This document shows positions 45,695-54,681 of a stretch of 64,000 nt of DNA, piece after piece. Position 1 is the stretch's first letter, and the number at the start of each line of letters is the position of its first letter. The translations under genes were made by a program, and so were the position numbers. The DNA comes from an uncultured Bacillales bacterium. Lineage in GTDB: Bacteria > Bacillota_I > Bacilli_A > RFN20 > CAG-826. The stretch is from contig CAMJAG010000001.1 in the NCBI GenBank assembly GCA_946403545.1, forward strand, positions 872 to 64,871, written 5' to 3'. Under the pieces are notes generated by a model. It was given only the letters and a program-made list of their open reading frames with translations. It did no database searches and was not told where the DNA came from.

Positions 45695-46618
45695 ATGATT
45701 ACAGAAATTCATAAGAATTATTCTGCTTTTCGAGAAATGTTGTTAGCCACAACTGCTTTAAGCAACCGTTCTAGTAAGAAATATGATGACGATTGCAAAG
45801 CAATCATTGATTTCATCGGAGAAGCATATGGTCTAGAAAAAGACCTCGTAGAATATTGTAAAAAGGTCATTTTAGATGAACTAGTTACAATATCTACTGA
45901 CCAAGATATCCGCGCTTTCGTAAATTCACATACCGCTGACAGTGAATTAGAAGAATTAGACTCTTTATTAAGCGCTAAATGTGATGTTATTGGAGTTATT
46001 AGAAACTTTGGAGAAGTTAGAAGTCCTCAATTAAGTGAGACTTGGTTTGACTATAGTCATAGCAATCCATATTATCCAGAAATTAGATATCAACAATTAT
46101 CTATCGCTGCTTCCACAGGTAATGTAGTAGCAAATAAGATCGTTGGTATTCTTTCTGTTTTAGGTATTGGATGCGAAGCTACTAGAGAAAAGGTTCTTTC
46201 TGGAGTTTATAGACTTAGACAATGCGCTATTTGGGGAGACATTTCTTCTCTAATTATGATTAGACAAGTTTATAGAATCTTAGAAATGAAAGAACAAGTA
46301 AAACTCTATGATGAATTAGTGTCATTAGTACCTTTCATGAAAGAAGGAAGAACAGTAATTCCTCAAAGAATTGCAGAGAAAATCTCTAGAGAAGCAATAG
46401 AAACATTCGCAATTATCTGTTCTATTAAACAAGACATTATCTTAAATCAACATAAGTTCTACATAGATTATTCATTCGTTGAAGTTATGTTACTTAAAGA
46501 AGTTGATTACTATGATAAACTCCACTTCATTAATAAATATGACGCTCAAGAGTGGAAAGAAGTTACTAACTCATCATTTAATCCAAATAAGAAGATTGGA
46601 TTTAAGATTGGAGAATAG
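45695..46618 (+). CDS. Hypothetical protein, first gene of the ATPase-ClpR/ClpP operon
   Basis: 307 aa, alpha-helical, with no recognisable domain. The C-terminus ends in ...KKIGFKIGE (an IGF tripeptide). It sits 3 nt upstream of the ATPase gene. Confidence 0.5.
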   Translation: MITEIHKNYSAFREMLLATTALSNRSSKKYDDDCKAIIDFIGEAYGLEKDLVEYCKKVILDELVTISTDQDIRAFVNSHTADSELEELDSLLSAKCDVIGVIRNFGEVRSPQLSETWFDYSHSNPYYPEIRYQQLSIAASTGNVVANKIVGILSVLGIGCEATREKVLSGVYRLRQCAIWGDISSLIMIRQVYRILEMKEQVKLYDELVSLVPFMKEGRTVIPQRIAEKISREAIETFAIICSIKQDIILNQHKFYIDYSFVEVMLLKEVDYYDKLHFINKYDAQEWKEVTNSSFNPNKKIGFKIGE

Positions 46619-46621
46619 ATT

Positions 46622-48586
46622 ATGAAAAGAAGACCATATTCTGAACAAGTATCTCAAAAATACATTGATCAAAATCTTGAAAACACTCAAATAATGTCCT
46701 TCCTTGAATATAAAGGTAAAGGCTACGCTAAATACTTATTTGATGATTTAGCAAAAACTGATATCAAAGGATTCCCATTCTCTAGTGATTTTGTATCTTC
46801 TAAAGGGAAATCATATTCCTTTATTGATTTTGAAAATCTAAGTGATAAAGAAAAAGCGGATTGTAAACTTAGATTCTTCTATTTACCTAATTATCATGAG
46901 TTATATATCGGTACTACTGGTTCTGGTAAAACTACAGGATGTATTGAACCACAAATCAGAGCGATATCCACTCAAAAGAATAAAGCTAACTTATTTATTA
47001 CTGACCCTAAAGGTGAGTTATTTGAACATAATGGTAAATACTTAAAAGACCAAGGTTATAACGTATTTGTTCTTAACTTTAGAAACTTAGGTAGAACTCA
47101 TACATGGAATCCACTTAAAGAAATGTATGAAAAACAAATGGAATCTCTCACTATTGGAAAGAATAGTAAGAAATGTAATTGTCCAGTAGATAAGTCACTA
47201 GCGTTAATGTCTGAAAAGAGTAAATATCAAGGCACATATATTGCTTATAAACACATGGCATTTGCAACACAAGAAGACTTTGATAAATACGTGAATATTG
47301 AAACTTATTTAAATAAATCCAAAGTTTCTTCATTAGTTAACCAATTATGTGACTGTATCTTTAGTGAAGATAAATCCACTACAGATAGAACTTGGAGTGA
47401 TGGTGCTAGAGGATTATTCCATGGTATTTTATTGTCCATGTTAGAAGAAGCTGTTTTACCAGGAAGTAAGTTTAGCGAACAACATATGACATTAAAGACA
47501 GTTAACGATATCTTCAATTTAATTAGAGAAGGTAGCGAAACTCGCGATTCATATGGAGATCACTACACTAACGAAGAAATGCATGAGAAGATGGTAGACT
47601 TCTTGCATGGTAAATCATCTATTTGTATGAGCAAGTTAAATAATATTATTAAGACTGCTCAAACAACGAGAAAAGGGTTTTTATCAACATTCTTATCCAC
47701 TACTGAAAAATGGATGCAAGGTCACATCTATCAATTGACAAGTCATACATCTATTTCTCTAGAAGATAATGAACATCCTTGGGCGGTATTTGTATCCACT
47801 AGAGACTATGATAAATCAGATAATGTTATCGCTGGTTTATTCATTGACTGGGTATATAGACAATCTCTACAAGCTGTTGAAGAGAAACGTAAACTCGGTT
47901 TAGAACCTAGACCAATTCACTTCTTATTAGATGAATTCGCTAACATTCCAAGAATCCCTGACTTTGATAATAAGATTGCTACTGCTAGAAGTAGAAATAT
48001 GTGGTTCCACTTATTCGTTCAATCTTATGATCAATTAGATTTAATCTATGGAGAAGAAACAGCCTCTATTATCGTAGATAACTGTAACCAACAAACATTC
48101 TTAGGTTCTCAATCTCAAGAAACTAAAGAAAGATTCTCTAGAGAATGTGGTAAAAAGACTGTTACATCCTTAGAAGGTGTTATTCATGGTGAAGTTAACG
48201 ATGTTGTAGAAATCCCAGTTGTGCCTATCACAAGTCTAGATCAAATCAAACCTGGTGAAATGTACACTAAACGTATTTATTCTCCAATATTAAGATGTAG
48301 CTTTATCAGAAGCTATCAATGCGCTCAACAAGGTATCTTTAAAAACTTCTGGAATAATAAAGCGGAAGAAGAACTTATTCCACTTAACTATGTTATTCCT
48401 GATGATTTAGAACATTCTTATTTACCAGTATTAAGCGCTATTGAAGTAAGAAGATTATGTCCACCTAGACCAAGAAATCCTCGTAGTAGAGTTCAATACG
48501 AAGATGAAGACATGGAAGCAGAAGATCCTGAAGACTTTGAAGACTTCTTACATGAAGTTCAACTTAAGATGAAAGGAAAGAAGTAG
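46622..48586 (+). CDS. Soluble VirD4/TraG/TraD-type (type IV coupling protein-like, FtsK-HerA superfamily) P-loop ATPase
   Basis: Walker A IGTTGSGKTT, the T4CP DPKGE motif (ITDPKGELF), Walker B HFLLDEFANIP, and QSYDQLDLIYGEE. There is no N-terminal TM anchor, and the C-terminal tail is acidic. Confidence 0.8.
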   Translation: MKRRPYSEQVSQKYIDQNLENTQIMSFLEYKGKGYAKYLFDDLAKTDIKGFPFSSDFVSSKGKSYSFIDFENLSDKEKADCKLRFFYLPNYHELYIGTTGSGKTTGCIEPQIRAISTQKNKANLFITDPKGELFEHNGKYLKDQGYNVFVLNFRNLGRTHTWNPLKEMYEKQMESLTIGKNSKKCNCPVDKSLALMSEKSKYQGTYIAYKHMAFATQEDFDKYVNIETYLNKSKVSSLVNQLCDCIFSEDKSTTDRTWSDGARGLFHGILLSMLEEAVLPGSKFSEQHMTLKTVNDIFNLIREGSETRDSYGDHYTNEEMHEKMVDFLHGKSSICMSKLNNIIKTAQTTRKGFLSTFLSTTEKWMQGHIYQLTSHTSISLEDNEHPWAVFVSTRDYDKSDNVIAGLFIDWVYRQSLQAVEEKRKLGLEPRPIHFLLDEFANIPRIPDFDNKIATARSRNMWFHLFVQSYDQLDLIYGEETASIIVDNCNQQTFLGSQSQETKERFSRECGKKTVTSLEGVIHGEVNDVVEIPVVPITSLDQIKPGEMYTKRIYSPILRCSFIRSYQCAQQGIFKNFWNNKAEEELIPLNYVIPDDLEHSYLPVLSAIEVRRLCPPRPRNPRSRVQYEDEDMEAEDPEDFEDFLHEVQLKMKGKK

Positions 48587-48587
48587 T

Positions 48588-49133
48588 ATGGCTAACGATA
48601 ATTTTGAAGAATTATATAAACAAGGAATTATAGTCATCACTACTGGTATAGAAGATATGGATGTTACTAGTAACATCATCTTATCTCTTCTTAATTGGAA
48701 CAGAATTGATCCAAAGAAAGAATTACAACTCTATATCTCTTCAGTATCTGGAGACTACCTAAATGTCCTTTCTATTTATGACGCTATCCAATCAATTAGT
48801 AATCCAATTTCAGGATATTGTATTGGTTTAGTTGGTAGTTGCGCTGCACTACTTTTAGCGGCGTGTAACAAAGGTAAACGCTACATTTTAGAGCATAGTC
48901 AAATTGCTTTAAGAGAGATTTCTGGCATTATTCCTGGTGGAAGTAAACAACAAACAGAAATCGAAATTCTCGCAAACGAATTAGCGTCTCAAAGAGAAAC
49001 ATTTGAATCTCTTCTTTCAAAACATACAGGTCAATCCGTTGAAGAAATACACCACCTTTGCTATGAAAACACTTATTTAACTCCTGAAGAAGCTATTAAA
49101 AAAGGCTTCGTAGATAAGATTGTGAGGAAATAA
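48588..49133 (+). CDS. ClpP-fold protein lacking the catalytic His and Asp (ClpR-like inactive paralog), N-terminally short
   Basis: It aligns to ClpP (YISSVSGDYLNVLSIYDAIQSI...GLVGSCAAL). The Ser position is kept, but His (IHQP becomes LREI) and Asp (ERD becomes YEN) are replaced. It lacks the N-terminal axial-loop segment. Confidence 0.7.
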   Translation: MANDNFEELYKQGIIVITTGIEDMDVTSNIILSLLNWNRIDPKKELQLYISSVSGDYLNVLSIYDAIQSISNPISGYCIGLVGSCAALLLAACNKGKRYILEHSQIALREISGIIPGGSKQQTEIEILANELASQRETFESLLSKHTGQSVEEIHHLCYENTYLTPEEAIKKGFVDKIVRK

Positions 49134-49135
49134 TT

Positions 49136-49648
49136 ATGGATAACAGAATTATTACTTTAAATGGTGAAATCAACGAAGGAAGCGCGATGAAAGTTATTCT
49201 TTCATTACTTCAAATGGATGCTGAAAATAGAAAACAACCAATATATCTATATATCAACTCTCCTGGTGGAAATATTGTTCATGGATTAGCAATATATGAT
49301 GTTATGAATAACATATCCGCTCCGGTATATACAGTATGTAATGGCATGGCAGCATCGATGGGTAGTTTCTTACTCTCTTGTGGTGCTAAAGGACATAGAT
49401 ATTGTTTAAAACACTCTCGTATTCTTATCCATCAACCACTTGTCTATAACAACTATGGAAGAATGATTGAAGAAAGCGAAGCTCAACAAATCGCCGCTAA
49501 TTTAAGAAAAGATAGAGATAAATTAGAACAAATCATGGCAGACAATTCTGGTAAAGACATTAAAGTCTTCCATAAGGATTGTGAAAGAGACCATTGGATG
49601 AGCGCTCAAGAAGCTCTAGACTATGGTCTAATAGATAAGATTATCTAA
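49136..49648 (+). CDS. clpP: ClpP-family serine peptidase with an intact Ser-His-Asp triad but missing the N-terminal axial loops
   Basis: GMAASMGS (Ser), ILIHQP (His) and CERDHWMSAQEALDYGLIDKI (Asp) are present. It is 170 aa, against ~195-200 for canonical ClpP. Confidence 0.8.
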   Translation: MDNRIITLNGEINEGSAMKVILSLLQMDAENRKQPIYLYINSPGGNIVHGLAIYDVMNNISAPVYTVCNGMAASMGSFLLSCGAKGHRYCLKHSRILIHQPLVYNNYGRMIEESEAQQIAANLRKDRDKLEQIMADNSGKDIKVFHKDCERDHWMSAQEALDYGLIDKII

Positions 49649-49655
49649 GAAAAGA

Positions 49656-49680
49656 GGAAGTCCTAGACTTCCTTTTATTT
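49656..49680. terminator. Bidirectional terminator between the two convergent operons
   Basis: GGAAGTCctaGACTTCC stem followed by TTTTATTT; the IMPase stop codon lies within the T-run. Confidence 0.55.
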
Positions 49681-50433
49681 CACTCTATTAAGTATTAACT
49701 CAAGTGTTTCTTGGTTATTTGCAACCACTAATGAATCGCTACCAAATTCGTATTCTTTTTTATTGATGGTTTTATAAACCATTCCAGCTTCTTTTATCAA
49801 TAAAAGACCTGGTGCTATATCCCATATGTAATTGTAGTAGCAGATATATGCTTGTGCTTTTGATGTGGCTAATGTAGTAAAGTCTACACAAGCCGCTCCT
49901 AAAAGTCTCGTTTTAAGGAAATTCCCTTGTAAATCCTTCATTAATTCAAATTGTTTATCAAATGAAATGGTTTTGTTATCTTTATAAAAATCACTAGATA
50001 ATAAAACTCCATCTTCATGTTTAATATCTTTATTTACTTTAATAGGTTTTCCATTAAGGAAAGCTCCACCATCTTTCTTAGCAAGATATAACTCATCCTT
50101 ATATGGCAAATAGATTATTGATAACACTACTTCTTTCCTTTGGAAAACCGCTAGTTGAATACCACAAAGTTCTATGCCCATTGAATAGTTACAAGTGCCA
50201 TCAAGTGGATCGATAACAAAGGTTAGTTCATCTGTTAGTGGTTCGTTTTTACTTTCTTCTGCGATTATTTTTGCTTGAGGGAATTCTTTTTTAATAGCGT
50301 TAACAAAATAATCATTAAGTTCTAAATCCGCTTCTGAGAGTAAGTCATTAATAGATTTATGTTTAATTGATTTATGTTGCTTAAAGAATATGTCTTTTGA
50401 AGATAAAACTAGTTGTTTTAAATACTCTTCCAT
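49675..50433 (-). CDS. Inositol monophosphatase / CysQ-family phosphatase
   Basis: EES metal site, DPLDGT and WDIAPG motifs; 252 aa. It sits 4 nt downstream of the TIR-NACHT gene. Confidence 0.8.
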   Translation of the reverse strand: MEEYLKQLVLSSKDIFFKQHKSIKHKSINDLLSEADLELNDYFVNAIKKEFPQAKIIAEESKNEPLTDELTFVIDPLDGTCNYSMGIELCGIQLAVFQRKEVVLSIIYLPYKDELYLAKKDGGAFLNGKPIKVNKDIKHEDGVLLSSDFYKDNKTISFDKQFELMKDLQGNFLKTRLLGAACVDFTTLATSKAQAYICYYNYIWDIAPGLLLIKEAGMVYKTINKKEYEFGSDSLVVANNQETLELILNRVK

Positions 50434-50437
50434 GCGA

Positions 50438-53284
50438 TTATCCCTTCAAATCTCTAATAAATTTCTCAACATGTTTAATCCATGTTAATACTGATTCATT
50501 TTGTAAGTATTCGTATTTTCTTGTTACTTTTTGTGCTTCGCAAATCAAATTATATAAAGCTTGTGCTTCAGTTAATTCGATTGGAATATTTAGTTTTTCC
50601 GCAATTTCAATTGCTTCAGAACAAGGAGCTTCCGCTTTTGCAAGTAAGGAAGTATCTCCATTATAGTTTACTAAATAGTAAAGAGAAGTTAAGAAATAGA
50701 TTTGACCTTGGTCATATAAATCTTTATTCTCTTTAGCACATTTCATTGCTTCTTCTTTTAATTCCATGATCCTTGCTTCATTGCCACGATTAACAATTTC
50801 ATAGAACATAGATGTATATAAGAATCTTGTGTAATATCTATCATGTTGGTTATATAAGACATAGATTGCTTCCGCTTTATTAAGTTTATCTTTAGCTTTA
50901 GCTAAATCCATATGCCATATACATGCATCAGCGTATACACGATAGTCTTCCGCTAAGAAGAGGTGATCTCCAATTTGAGTGCCATCTTCCATTTCTTCTT
51001 TAACTCTTTTATCAAGAAGCGCGACAGCATTATCTGCTGCTTTATAGCAGTTTTCTAAATCAAGCCTTCTACAATAAACTTTTGATAAAGTTAAGTTAAT
51101 CAAAGATTCTTCGTATAAATCGCCTGCTTCTTTAGCGTCTTTGATCGCACCATCACTCATTCCTATGAGTTCGTCGAATAGCACCATCTTGCGATAAACA
51201 AGCATTGCCATTCTTTCAAATTCACTACGAATTTCTATGTCTAATTCGCCTAAATCATGTTCTTTGATGAATTCTTTAATGTCATTAAATGCTTCAGTAA
51301 ATGATAAGGAAATATAGTGGAATTGAATAACTCCCATATCATAGTTCACATCATCACTTGGATCTCTATTCTTTAAGAACTTACCAAATCCTGCTTCTTT
51401 AAGTTTGATAAATAAGCCAGCGTTATAGATTGCTTGTCTATATTTGATAAAGATTTTTGTAAAACATTCAGACTGATAGATTTCAAACGCTTCATAATCA
51501 TCATCCTTATAGATGTAATTGATGTTATCAATGTATTCAAATAATCCTTCATAAAGAGTGTAAAGTTTTGATTTAATACACACTCTTAAAAAGTCAAAAT
51601 TCTTTAATAGTTTACAAAGTTTTTCTGTCTTTTTAAGTGCTTTTAAGGCTTTTTGATAGTCTAAGATGACATAAGGATTGTTCTTCCATTCACCTAATTC
51701 AATTTGCTTTTCAATATATTCAAGCAAGATCTTATAACCATCTCTTCTAGAGACACAATATTTTGCAGGACATTCGTTAGATTCACTTAACCAGTCTAAA
51801 ATTGATTTATGTCTACTCTTAAGAGTGCCATCTTCAATAATTACAAAGTAATTAGATACTATATCGATATTCTTTCTAATTTCAGATTCTGATAGACCTG
51901 TTGCATCCGCTAAAAACTCCACTGTTGGAGGAACGCTTGTAGCGAGTAATAAAGATATAATCTTTCTAATATCTTCATAATCATCTGGTGCTTTAGGGAA
52001 AATTCTATCAAACCAGATTAAGTAGTATGAATAAATTCCGTCAGGGAATTCTCTAACGTTATCTAAAGAGTATTCACCACTCTTAATTAGACTAACAATA
52101 CTCTTAGCATATAAGAATGATCCATGTGTTTTTCCAAGCAAAATCCTCAGTGTTTCTGCATCGAATTTATAATTTGAGAGTGCTTGGTCATAATACTTTT
52201 TAATATCCGCAACGTTTTCTTCATTGTTTTCTAACATGCTGAAAACGTGACAACTTGAGAAGTAACTAACAACATTCTTTTGAGGTCTAGTTGAACATAA
52301 AATCTTTAACCAAGAAGGTAAAGTGTTTTGATAAGTCACTATCATCTCAGCAATTTCATTTTTATTATCCAAAACTGCTTCATCTAATGCATCGATAACA
52401 ATTATTTGAGGGTTCTTAAAAGTAACTTTGTTACCTACTTCAATAAAGAACAACTCAAATAATCTTTTAGCGTCTAAATTATCTATATTTGCTTCTCTAG
52501 TTAAAATCTTTTTAATTTCGAGATTATAATCTTCGTTACGACCAGCGATTTGTGCTGCTAAGTTTTTAATAATACTTCTAGCGTCAGTCTTAGTTCTATT
52601 ACCAAAGCTACAGAAATGGATACCTGCAACATTGTTATGGAAATTAATAGTTAACATAGCGCACATTGCAGTCTTTCCAATACCTGGAGCAGCTTGTAAT
52701 AAATAGATTGGTAAACTATCTGGTTTATTAATCCATTTTTCTACATCCGCGAAGAAAGAATCTCTACCAACAAAGTTGAGTGTATGATGAGTAATTTCAA
52801 AAGCGTCAATAGCTTGGACTTCTTTAGAAATATCAAAACCAGTATCGAAGTAGCCTACTTCTTCTTCGTTTCTAACGATCTTTAGTAATCTTTGATAGCA
52901 ACTTTCGTATACATCTTCAATGATTGAATTATCCGCTGCGACAGCGTTTTTAATCATGATTCTTTGTAAACGAACAATTGAAAGAGGAACATAAGAGTCA
53001 TCTAACATGATAGGAACAATTGTTTTCTTATATTCCACTGCTCTAGCGAGTTCATTTAAACAATATCCGTCTAGAGAAACAGACTTTTTAGATACAAAGA
53101 AAACAAAATGACTACATCTTTGAATCGCGTTATCAATTTTAGTTTCCCAATCACCTTGATATAGATAGTCCTTATCAAGGAAGACTTCATAAACTTCTTC
53201 TTTGCGTAAATCAGTAACAACTTTATTGACTACGTTTTCTAAAGTTTGATGTCCATAGGATATGAAAATAACTTGTTTATCCAT
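50438..53284 (-). CDS. TIR-NACHT-TPR protein (bacterial STAND/NLR-like NTPase with a TIR effector domain)
   Basis: N-terminal TIR (VIFISYGHQ...FVFFVSKKS), a NACHT Walker A LLQAAPGIGKTAMCA and Walker B IIVIDALDEAV, and C-terminal TPR-like helical repeats; 948 aa. Confidence 0.85.
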   Translation of the reverse strand: MDKQVIFISYGHQTLENVVNKVVTDLRKEEVYEVFLDKDYLYQGDWETKIDNAIQRCSHFVFFVSKKSVSLDGYCLNELARAVEYKKTIVPIMLDDSYVPLSIVRLQRIMIKNAVAADNSIIEDVYESCYQRLLKIVRNEEEVGYFDTGFDISKEVQAIDAFEITHHTLNFVGRDSFFADVEKWINKPDSLPIYLLQAAPGIGKTAMCAMLTINFHNNVAGIHFCSFGNRTKTDARSIIKNLAAQIAGRNEDYNLEIKKILTREANIDNLDAKRLFELFFIEVGNKVTFKNPQIIVIDALDEAVLDNKNEIAEMIVTYQNTLPSWLKILCSTRPQKNVVSYFSSCHVFSMLENNEENVADIKKYYDQALSNYKFDAETLRILLGKTHGSFLYAKSIVSLIKSGEYSLDNVREFPDGIYSYYLIWFDRIFPKAPDDYEDIRKIISLLLATSVPPTVEFLADATGLSESEIRKNIDIVSNYFVIIEDGTLKSRHKSILDWLSESNECPAKYCVSRRDGYKILLEYIEKQIELGEWKNNPYVILDYQKALKALKKTEKLCKLLKNFDFLRVCIKSKLYTLYEGLFEYIDNINYIYKDDDYEAFEIYQSECFTKIFIKYRQAIYNAGLFIKLKEAGFGKFLKNRDPSDDVNYDMGVIQFHYISLSFTEAFNDIKEFIKEHDLGELDIEIRSEFERMAMLVYRKMVLFDELIGMSDGAIKDAKEAGDLYEESLINLTLSKVYCRRLDLENCYKAADNAVALLDKRVKEEMEDGTQIGDHLFLAEDYRVYADACIWHMDLAKAKDKLNKAEAIYVLYNQHDRYYTRFLYTSMFYEIVNRGNEARIMELKEEAMKCAKENKDLYDQGQIYFLTSLYYLVNYNGDTSLLAKAEAPCSEAIEIAEKLNIPIELTEAQALYNLICEAQKVTRKYEYLQNESVLTWIKHVEKFIRDLKG

Positions 53285-53966
53285 GTACTTTTTCCTCTAA
53301 AGCAATGTTATAACCCGCTTTCTTGCCTTCATTTAATGTTTCTTCATTTGCTAAATGCATAAGAGTAATTTTCTTTCTCTCTTCCATATTGAAGGCGTTA
53401 TTTAATACTGAAATATGAGTATGTATCATCGCATTAAGAGAAGTTGTAACTTCATGATACATTTCATCTATTTTTCCTGATTTAAGTTCTCTAACTGCTC
53501 TATCAAGTAGTTCAGATGTATCTCCTGAATAGTAGAAATTAATTTCTTTAGAATATACAAAATATGCATAACTACCAGGAATATGTGGAACTTCAACAGG
53601 TTCCACTTTTAAATCTTTGATTAAAGAGTAGTCATTATATATTTCAAAATCAAAATCTAAACCAGTTAATTGGAGTAGTTTTTTAAGATTATCTTTTAAA
53701 GGATAGAAGACTTTTACCGTCTTTTTTGAGAAGAAATGAATCCAATATAAGAATGGTTCAAGGCTTCCAATATGATCACTATGAAGATGGGTAATTAAAA
53801 CAACAATTTCATCAACATCATCTAAAAGATGAAGTGCTAAAATCTTGTCACAAATTTTCTCGCCCATATCAAAAATATACAATTTGCCATTTTGTTTAAA
53901 ATAAGCACAATTGTTATTTGTGAAATAGTTAAAAGCGGCTCCTACACCTAAAAATTTTAAATACAT
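53277..53966 (-). CDS. Metallo-beta-lactamase-fold hydrolase
   Basis: HxHxDH motif (ITHLHSDHIGS); 229 aa. It overlaps the TIR-NACHT start by 8 nt. Confidence 0.7.
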   Translation of the reverse strand: MYLKFLGVGAAFNYFTNNNCAYFKQNGKLYIFDMGEKICDKILALHLLDDVDEIVVLITHLHSDHIGSLEPFLYWIHFFSKKTVKVFYPLKDNLKKLLQLTGLDFDFEIYNDYSLIKDLKVEPVEVPHIPGSYAYFVYSKEINFYYSGDTSELLDRAVRELKSGKIDEMYHEVTTSLNAMIHTHISVLNNAFNMEERKKITLMHLANEETLNEGKKAGYNIALEEKVHG

Positions 53967-53968
53967 AA

Positions 53969-54226
53969 TTATTTAATTATCTTATAGCCTTCTTTAAGAA
54001 TACATTTAATCGTAGCAAGAGCGGTATTCCTATCATATTCTTTTTCTTCTTCAGGAAGTTCATCATAAGGCACTAAACAAGGAGTTTGTTTTTTAGTGTC
54101 ATTTCTTTCTGGACCATAGGTCCATCCATCTTTGATTCTTCCTTCCATCCAAGTTATATGGACTTGTTCCGCTATTATTTCGATAAGTTGTTTTATATCT
54201 TCAGTGATAACAATATCTTTTTCCAT
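53969..54226 (-). CDS. RyR-domain (ryanodine-receptor-like) small protein
   Basis: 85 aa matching the bacterial RyR-domain pattern: HITWMEGRIKDGWTYGP...TPCLVPYDELPEEEKEYDRNTA. Confidence 0.55.
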   Translation of the reverse strand: MEKDIVITEDIKQLIEIIAEQVHITWMEGRIKDGWTYGPERNDTKKQTPCLVPYDELPEEEKEYDRNTALATIKCILKEGYKIIK

Positions 54227-54228
54227 AA

Positions 54229-54666
54229 TTATTCGTCTTCTAGTATTTTTTGAAATAAGCTGTATTCATCTCTAGTTATTGTATCATCACTAGCAGTTAG
54301 AGCGATACCATATAAAACAACAGCAGTTTTAGTATCTTCATCAAATTCTTCTTTGATATTATTTACCATTGCTTTAACAAAAGCTTCTTTATCTCCAAAT
54401 TGAGTAGCATGGAAGAATTCTCTATAAGAAACATCTAATCCTGTTGCTTCTTTAAAGAATCCATATTCCTTAACAGCGCAATCTTTATCAGCAGAAACGT
54501 ACATTCTAGTTAAGTTAATAACAATATTAGCGATTCTATCTTTGTGATAATCTTGTTTTCTAAGATTACGATAAAGTCTTTCTAAAGCTTGTCTACCTAA
54601 CTTTGCTCTTTCAGCATCTTCTAAATTAACAACTTCATGCATGACTCGTTCTACTTCTTTATTCAT
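54229..54666 (-). CDS. TerB-like domain protein (paralog A)
   Basis: 145 aa, helical, with VSADKDCAVKEYGFF and a C-terminal ASDDTITRDEYSLFQKIL, similar to the tellurite-resistance TerB fold. It is paralogous to 54903..55349. Confidence 0.5.
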   Translation of the reverse strand: MNKEVERVMHEVVNLEDAERAKLGRQALERLYRNLRKQDYHKDRIANIVINLTRMYVSADKDCAVKEYGFFKEATGLDVSYREFFHATQFGDKEAFVKAMVNNIKEEFDEDTKTAVVLYGIALTASDDTITRDEYSLFQKILEDE

Positions 54667-54681
54667 AATATGTTCTTCCTA

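Noticed and set aside
46622-48586. Calling the region an integrative conjugative element on the basis of the VirD4/TraG-like ATPase
   Set aside because: No relaxase, T4SS structural genes, integrase, transposase or flanking repeats were found. The ATPase lacks the membrane anchor of true coupling proteins and is operonic with ClpP-fold genes. No mobile_element feature is therefore reported.
49675-50433. Treating the IMPase-family gene as definitely part of the defence operon
   Set aside because: Its proximity to cysK and the CymR-like regulator makes a housekeeping CysQ/SuhB role equally plausible. Both options are kept open in the findings rather than asserted.
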